DNA from: Acidobacteriota bacterium
GTDB lineage: Bacteria > Acidobacteriota > Thermoanaerobaculia > Multivoradales > UBA5704
DNA: 50,123 nucleotides
Assembly: GCA_040005235.1 (NCBI GenBank)
Contig: JBDTZG010000042.1
Location: 1 to 50,123 of the forward strand
Reading direction: 5' to 3'
Translations under genes and position numbers: made by a program
The notes under the pieces: model-generated
Database searches by the model: none
Seen by the model: only the letters and a program-made list of their open reading frames with translations
Told to the model about the DNA's origin: nothing
Shown: one piece after another, positions 44,075 through 50,123 of the stretch
Position numbering within the stretch: position 1 is the first letter of the stretch
How the letters are laid out: each line of letters starts with the position of its first letter

Positions 44075-47000
44075 ATGGCAGAAAACGACAACCTCGAAGA
44101 GATCCATCGCGCCGCCGCGGCCGCCCGCGAGGTGCGGGACGCCGCGCGCGCCGGCCTGCGCAAGAGCGCGCTGCGCCTTCAGACCGTCGAGCGCGAATTG
44201 GCCGACCTGCGCCGCCGGACGACCCGGGACCCGCAGGACCCGGGCGCCCGCGCCGTCGCCGAGCTGGAGCGCGAGCAAGCCGCCCTTAGCGAGAGCGTGA
44301 ACGTGGACCGGCGCGGCCTCGCCGCCGGCCGCGAGCGGGTGAACGCCGCGCTCCAGCCGTTGTTTCTCGACCCCGAGCTGCGGGTCTCCCAGCTCGACGA
44401 CGAAGCGCCTTTCGTCCTGTTTCCGGTGCGCATCGAGACGAAGTTTGCGGACTCGGCCAACGGCGCCGAGCTGCGCGTGCGCATCTTCCCCGACGACATC
44501 GCCGTCGCTCACCACGAGAAGGCGCTCACGGCCGGCGAACGAGACATGGGCGAGAGCTACTGGCGCTCCCGCGCGCTCGCCAACGCCGCGGCCACGGCGG
44601 AAGAGCGCGAGAAGCAGCAGCGCGGCGCATGGAACGCGATCGCCTCGCGCTATGGCGCCTATCGCACCGGCTGGATCACGAAATCGACCCAGCCGGACGA
44701 TTGGTCCGACGCTTCGACCGATCCCAAAGCGTTGGTTTTTCCGGTGCTGGAGACGAAGCCTCTCGGCTGGAGCGACACGCCGCGATCTCCGGTGATGCCG
44801 GACCGGTTCGCGGTCGTGCTCGAACGCGGGAAAGACTCGCGCACCGTCTGGGGCAACCTCGTGCCCGACGATCTGCCGCTGGGGCCCGATCCGCTCCAAG
44901 CCGAGGGCTTCCTCACCCGCGACGAGACGACCCACCGGCTGAAGATCTCGGACGACTTGCGCTGGCTGATCGACTTCGCCCAGGCCGAGGCGGTCGGGAT
45001 GGGCGTGCGGATTCCGCTCACGCGCGTCGAAAGCATCGAGGGCTTCAGCCGGATTCTCGTCATCGGCCTCCGGCTCTCCACCGATCGCGCCGGCAGCGCG
45101 GGTTTGGTCTCCCGCCTGTTCGAAAGCCACCGCTACAGCCAGGGCGTATCGATCGTGCCGCAGGGGACGCCGACCAACAACACCGACGAGGCGCGCTCAG
45201 GGCTCGCGACACCGGGCGAGTCCGTCGATGAGACCTACCTGCTGGAGCACGATCCGAAACCGTTTCCGACCTCGACCGAGCCGATGCGCCGATTGGACGG
45301 CGAGCGCCTGGCCGACGCTCTCGGCCTACCGCTCGATCTCGTGCGCACGCTGCCGAACGCGCAGGGCGCGGACATCGCCGAATCGGTGGCGATGAACCGC
45401 GCGCTCTGGAGCGGCACGCTGGGAAATTTCCTCGCGGAGATGCTCGAAGGCGCGTTTTCGGCCGCCGACGTCCGTCGGGTACAAAGCTTTCTCACCGAGT
45501 GGGTCCACGGCCGCGGGCTGGTCCCCGCGCTACGCGTCGGCTCGCAGCCCTACGGAGTCGTGATCACCAGCTCCTTCGACGACTGGGCGTGGAGCGAGAT
45601 CGAGCGCGGCGACGACGGCGATTTCTGGGATCGGCTGCAAACGCAGCTCGGCCTCCTGCGGGAGCATTGGACACGGGTCGCCAAGTCGGACGTGCGGTTC
45701 GTCGGCAAGCGAGAAGGCAGCGGCAAGCTCCTCGATCCGTTCGAGACGCTGATCGACATAGTGGGTCTGCAAGCCAGCTCGGTCGAATTCGAGTCGCGCA
45801 CCGGCGTGCCCGACTCCTACTTGAAGGCGCTCGCGGCATACGCCGGCAACGATCCGGATTTGGTCAAGAATTGGATCGCCAACGCGAAGAACCTCCGCGA
45901 TGCCGATCTCGCCAACGTGCACCTCCCGCGGAGCGACAAGAAGGCGCTGCCGCACGTGCTCTTCCTCGAAAAAGCGGAGAGAGTGACCTCTCCAATCATC
46001 GATGGCGATCCGGCCGTTCCGCTGTCGGAAACGCGGACGATCCGCCCCTACGACGGCGTGCCCGCGCACAACTACATCTCCTGGCTCGCCACCGCGTCGA
46101 GCGCCGATCTTGCGAACCAGAACTTTCCGGGCGCCGACGGCAAGCTCGTGCCGCGGCCCACCGCGCTGCTCTACAAGCTGCTCCGCGTCTCGACCCTCGC
46201 CGAGCTGTACACGTCGAGCCGCCTGCTCACCGAACGCGTGCGCGCCGACGTGTTCGAGGAGATCGCGAAAGTGGGAGATATCGCGAACATCGCAGAGCCG
46301 GCCTTGATGCCCGGGCACTTCGCTCTGGTTGATACGGCGAAGATCGGCCTGACCGCCACCAGCCTCTCGACCGGCGATTACCTTCTCGACCATGCGCGGG
46401 CGGCGACGCCGATTCTGCAAAAGCCGCCGGAGGCGGCAGCGCTCGCCGCTCTCACGGAGGCGTTGACCCTGTTGGCGGACCTGCCGACGGCGCGGCTGGA
46501 GCGGCTGCTCGCCGAGCACCTCGACGTCATGTCGTACCGCCTCGACGCCTGGCTGACGGGCCTGTTCGCCCGCCGCCTGGCCTACCAGCGGCACCGCCAG
46601 CAGACGCCGGGGACCCATCTCGGCGCCTACGGCTGGGTCGAGGACGTGCGGCCGGCGAAAGATCGCCGAATGGTCCAGGCCGCGCAGATTCCCGGCGAGC
46701 TGCAACCGGCGATCGACGGGCCGGTCGTCACCTACGCGAACAACGGCGGCTTCGTCCAGGCGCCGTCGCTGACCCACGCGGTCACCGCGGCCGTCCTGCG
46801 CAACGCGTACCTAACCCACGCCGAAGACACCGTGGACGCCGTGGATGCCAAGGACGGCAAGGCGCGCCGCATGGCCGTCAATCTATCTTCCGCCCGCGTG
46901 CGCATGGCGCTCTCGTACATCGAGGGACTTCAGAACGGGCAGGAGCTGGGCGCGCTGCTCGGCTACCAGCTCGAACGCGGACTGCACGAGCGGCATCCGC

Positions 47001-49081
47001 GCATCGAGCTCGACCACTTCATCTACGTGTTACGCCAGCGGTTCCCGCTGATCTCGAAGAAGCTGACCTCGGCGCCGGACAGCACGGCGGCCGAGGTGAT
47101 CGAAGCGCGGAACGTCGTCAACGGCTACGATCTGCTCGATTTCGTAAAAATCAAGGATTACCCATACGAGATCACCGGCCTGCCGCCCGCGAATGGCACC
47201 GCCGCGGAGGCGAAGCAGGCGACCGCCATCGGCGAGGAGGTGGACCGGCTGCGCGACGCGATGGACGCCATCGCCGACCTCCTGCTCGCCGAAAGCGTCC
47301 ACCAGGTCGTGCAGGGCAACTACGCCCGCGCCCGCGGCGCCGTCCAGGCTCTCACCGACGGCGAGCAGCCGCCGCTTCCCGAGGTGGTGCAGACGCCGCG
47401 CATGGGCCAATCCCTCACCCATCGCGTCGCGCTGTATCTGGATCCGGCGGCGGTCGCGGGCTGGCTTATGACTCTTACTCCGCGCGCGGCGGCGAACGCC
47501 CCTCTCAACCACTGGCTGTCGACCGTGCTCCCCCCCGCGGCGGACATCCAGTGGCGGATCACCTTGAGCGGCGGCGCGCCGGAATTCTTGAGCGTCGCCT
47601 CGCTCGCGCTCGAACCGATCGACCTCGTGCTGATGTGCGGCGAGCGCCTCGGGGATCTGACCAGCCCGCTCGAACAGCTGCTGATCCGCGATTTCCGCAT
47701 CGCGCACGGCGTCGCGGACGACGTCGCGACGTTCGCGTTCGAGAAGACCGACCCGACGATCCCCGACGCGAAATCGCTGGTGTTCGATCCCGACAGCGCG
47801 CAGTCCGGCAAGCCTTCGCTGGGCAGCCTGCTCCCGCTGCTCAAGGCTCTCCGGCGTCTCGTCACCGGCGCGCGGCCGTTGGGTGCGACCGATCTGATGC
47901 GCCCCACCGAGGCGCAGCACGCGCACCCGGAAAATCCTAACGGCACCGACGGAGCCACCGCGCCTTTGAAGGACCTGGGCGAGCTGAAAGGCCGCCTCGA
48001 AGCCGCGCACACCGCGCTTACGGCGATTCAAGCCCAGTTGCAGGCGCGGGTCGCCACCCTGGCCCCCCTCGCCGAGGCGCTCGAAAAGGATCCGGATCTC
48101 GCCGTGCAGCCGGCGTGGAGCGCGCTGGTACCGCAGTTGCGCACGATTCTCCGCAGTCTCATTTTGTTCGGCATGCCGGAAGCCCTGCCCTCCGACGGGC
48201 TCGCCATCAGCCGAGCGCTGGTCCGCACCGACTTCGCGCAAGCTGCGAGCGTTCAGCATCTCGTCGAGGAGAGGCTCGCCCGGTCTCGCGAGCTTCTCGA
48301 CACCGCGTTCCCCGCTCCCCCGCCGGGCGACCCCGCGGAGGTGGCCCGGGCGATGGGCGCGCGGGTGGCCGCCCGCATGGACGCCTATACCGAAGCCGCG
48401 CGGCTGTTGCTCGGCGCCGACTACGTCCCCGTGCCGCTGTTTGCCGCTCACGCCGAAAGCGTACCCGAGCTGACCCAAGCAGCCGCCGTGCCGGTCGAGA
48501 GCGACGCGCTGGCGATCGAGTCGTGGCAGCAGGCGATCGCTCACGTCCGCCCGGTCCTTGCGGCGTGGGATCTCCTTGCGACCTATCGGGATTGGCTGGG
48601 CGAACCGCCGCTCGATCTCGTGCCGCTCCAACTGCCGGTGGCGCCGGGGGCGAAATGGATCGGCGGCACGTACGGCGACACGGTGAGCGCCGCCGACGTC
48701 GTGTCGATCGCGATCCACCCGGTCCCCGCGAGCTTCGCCTCCCCGATGGCCGGCTTGCTGATCGACGAATGGACGGAGCTGGTGCCGTCGCCGAACGTGA
48801 CCACCGGCATCGCCATGCACGTCAATCGGCCGAACGCCGTGGCGCCGCAGGCCCTGCTGGTCGCGGTGGCGCCGCGGCAATCGGGACAGTGGGCGTTTTC
48901 CGATCTCGTCGCGATCCTCCACGACACGCTCGATCGCGCGCGGCTCCGCGCCGTCGAGCCCGACGACATCGGTTCGCCCTATTTTCAGGCGCTGCCGCCG
49001 ATCGTGGCCGCGTTCGACGATTCGATGCTGATGGCGGCGGCGAAGTTTTCAGGAATCGCGGCTCTCAAGGTCGAGCGCTAG
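44075..49081 (+). CDS. Very large hypothetical protein, 1668 aa
   Basis: GAGG SD, 6 nt after the previous stop; N-terminal coiled coil; FPVRIETKF...LRVRIFPDD, QGTPTNNT, SYRLDAW, LGYQLERGL and DEWTELVP...PNAVAPQALL motifs. Confidence 0.9.
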   Translation: MAENDNLEEIHRAAAAAREVRDAARAGLRKSALRLQTVERELADLRRRTTRDPQDPGARAVAELEREQAALSESVNVDRRGLAAGRERVNAALQPLFLDPELRVSQLDDEAPFVLFPVRIETKFADSANGAELRVRIFPDDIAVAHHEKALTAGERDMGESYWRSRALANAAATAEEREKQQRGAWNAIASRYGAYRTGWITKSTQPDDWSDASTDPKALVFPVLETKPLGWSDTPRSPVMPDRFAVVLERGKDSRTVWGNLVPDDLPLGPDPLQAEGFLTRDETTHRLKISDDLRWLIDFAQAEAVGMGVRIPLTRVESIEGFSRILVIGLRLSTDRAGSAGLVSRLFESHRYSQGVSIVPQGTPTNNTDEARSGLATPGESVDETYLLEHDPKPFPTSTEPMRRLDGERLADALGLPLDLVRTLPNAQGADIAESVAMNRALWSGTLGNFLAEMLEGAFSAADVRRVQSFLTEWVHGRGLVPALRVGSQPYGVVITSSFDDWAWSEIERGDDGDFWDRLQTQLGLLREHWTRVAKSDVRFVGKREGSGKLLDPFETLIDIVGLQASSVEFESRTGVPDSYLKALAAYAGNDPDLVKNWIANAKNLRDADLANVHLPRSDKKALPHVLFLEKAERVTSPIIDGDPAVPLSETRTIRPYDGVPAHNYISWLATASSADLANQNFPGADGKLVPRPTALLYKLLRVSTLAELYTSSRLLTERVRADVFEEIAKVGDIANIAEPALMPGHFALVDTAKIGLTATSLSTGDYLLDHARAATPILQKPPEAAALAALTEALTLLADLPTARLERLLAEHLDVMSYRLDAWLTGLFARRLAYQRHRQQTPGTHLGAYGWVEDVRPAKDRRMVQAAQIPGELQPAIDGPVVTYANNGGFVQAPSLTHAVTAAVLRNAYLTHAEDTVDAVDAKDGKARRMAVNLSSARVRMALSYIEGLQNGQELGALLGYQLERGLHERHPRIELDHFIYVLRQRFPLISKKLTSAPDSTAAEVIEARNVVNGYDLLDFVKIKDYPYEITGLPPANGTAAEAKQATAIGEEVDRLRDAMDAIADLLLAESVHQVVQGNYARARGAVQALTDGEQPPLPEVVQTPRMGQSLTHRVALYLDPAAVAGWLMTLTPRAAANAPLNHWLSTVLPPAADIQWRITLSGGAPEFLSVASLALEPIDLVLMCGERLGDLTSPLEQLLIRDFRIAHGVADDVATFAFEKTDPTIPDAKSLVFDPDSAQSGKPSLGSLLPLLKALRRLVTGARPLGATDLMRPTEAQHAHPENPNGTDGATAPLKDLGELKGRLEAAHTALTAIQAQLQARVATLAPLAEALEKDPDLAVQPAWSALVPQLRTILRSLILFGMPEALPSDGLAISRALVRTDFAQAASVQHLVEERLARSRELLDTAFPAPPPGDPAEVARAMGARVAARMDAYTEAARLLLGADYVPVPLFAAHAESVPELTQAAAVPVESDALAIESWQQAIAHVRPVLAAWDLLATYRDWLGEPPLDLVPLQLPVAPGAKWIGGTYGDTVSAADVVSIAIHPVPASFASPMAGLLIDEWTELVPSPNVTTGIAMHVNRPNAVAPQALLVAVAPRQSGQWAFSDLVAILHDTLDRARLRAVEPDDIGSPYFQALPPIVAAFDDSMLMAAAKFSGIAALKVER

Positions 49082-49108
49082 AAGGCCGAACCGGCGAGGA
49101 ACGCTCCC

Positions 49109-50123
49109 ATGGCGAAGTCTCAAATCGAAAACGCGATCGACCTGATGCACGCCGAGGTGAGGTTCCCGCCGGCGATCGTCGGCTGGAACCGCCTCGAAGG
49201 CAGGCCGCGGACGGCGCAGTTCGATCGCGCGCTCCGCGCCGAAGTGCGCGACGCGCTCTGGTTCCTCACCCGCCAGTGGCAGTTCGGTGAATTCAAAGGG
49301 GAAGACGCCGGCTCGCCGGTCGAGGTCCGGACGGCCGTGCGGGTCGATCCGCTCCAGCACTATGCCGTCCACGGCCAGGGGGCGATCGCTTATGACCCGG
49401 AGGTGGCGCTCGAAGCGCACGTCGAGCGAGAAAAGGTCGCCTTCGATCTGGTGATCCATTCCCAGGTCACGCGAACGTTCTGGCGCTTGATCGACGCCGT
49501 GGTCAAGACGCAGCCCACGATCAAGGCGATGTATCTAGCGGGCTACCCTCTCCTAGCGGTCGCAGGCGTCGCCGACCCCGACGGGGAGCACGCTCTCCAA
49601 ATCGGCCTCACCCGCACGCTCGATGCCGGGAAGCTGCTCGACGAAACGGTGGGCACCGCGCACGACGCAAGGGTCGACGGATTCGCGCTCCCGGCCGCCG
49701 ACAAGGCTCTCCTCAAGCAGGCGGGGCGCGACCTGCGCGCCTGGTTCTTCGCCCAATTCAGTCAGCCGAGCAGCGATCTGGGCGATTCCAGCGACCCCAG
49801 CGCTTCCGGAGACATGGCCTGGAACGCGCGGTTCCTCGAATACCAGTTCGCCGTCGCGACCGACACGGCCGACCGCGGCCAGACGGTGCTGCTCGCCGAC
49901 CAGTACGCGAACGGGCACCTCGACTGGTTCGCTTTCGATGTCGATGCCGCACCCGCGGCGGCGCTCAACCGCAAGGACGGCAGCGCCGCGGTGCCGACTC
50001 CCGCCAACGTCACTCCCCTTTCGTTCATCCCCGCTCCCGTCTCGTTCGGCGGCATGCCGAGCCACCGTTATTGGGAGATGGAAAGCCGGCAGATCGAGTT
50101 CGCCGACATCGACGCCCACACGA
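49109..50123 (+). CDS. Hypothetical protein, partial (runs off the window; not in ORF track)
   Basis: GAGGA SD then ATG 49109; open to the end: MAKSQIENAI...WNRLEGRPR...DALWFLTRQWQFGEFKGEDAGSP...GHLDWFAFD...FGGMPSHRYWEME. Confidence 0.88.
   Translation, partial: MAKSQIENAIDLMHAEVRFPPAIVGWNRLEGRPRTAQFDRALRAEVRDALWFLTRQWQFGEFKGEDAGSPVEVRTAVRVDPLQHYAVHGQGAIAYDPEVALEAHVEREKVAFDLVIHSQVTRTFWRLIDAVVKTQPTIKAMYLAGYPLLAVAGVADPDGEHALQIGLTRTLDAGKLLDETVGTAHDARVDGFALPAADKALLKQAGRDLRAWFFAQFSQPSSDLGDSSDPSASGDMAWNARFLEYQFAVATDTADRGQTVLLADQYANGHLDWFAFDVDAAPAAALNRKDGSAAVPTPANVTPLSFIPAPVSFGGMPSHRYWEMESRQIEFADIDAHT

Noticed and set aside
42983-48922. Long minus-strand ORFs (715, 415 and 630 aa)
   Set aside because: Antisense shadows of the large plus-strand genes
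34915-50123. Assignment of the operon to T6SS, eCIS or Tc/RHS toxin systems
   Set aside because: No recognisable sheath, tube, baseplate, VgrG/PAAR, SpvB or RHS/YD motifs in the visible genes; only structure searches could reveal remote similarity

Overview
GC-rich bacterial chromosomal window; gene content and the peptide-leader type suggest Acidobacteriota, which is an inference only. It begins with aceE and a leaderless vapBC-type toxin-antitoxin pair. A 4,501-bp IS1-family transposon follows (3844-8344), with clear terminal inverted repeats, an 8-bp target duplication and about six passenger genes, inserted in an array of ~10 palindromic 20-bp repeats. The middle is mostly housekeeping and accessory genes: hydrolases, two RNA methyltransferases, an AlbA_2/HATPase protein with a TTQK tandem repeat, a DAACS symporter, a BNR/VPS10 protein, an AAA_14 ATPase, iaaA, a glycosyltransferase, TauE, an S8 protease and DinB. 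It also holds an orphan lanthipeptide-like precursor followed by a headless second core, and a sigma54 activator plus promoter upstream of a 51-aa small protein and an RsbW/RsbV/RsbU-like module. The last 15 kb (34915 to the window end) is the best candidate for an uncharacterised system: a tightly coupled operon of a Nal1-like trypsin-fold protease with inserted repeat domains, a DUF6603-like beta-rich protein and three large proteins of unknown function, the last running off the window. No rRNA, tRNA or CRISPR array was seen. Family assignments come from motif recognition by eye, not database searches.
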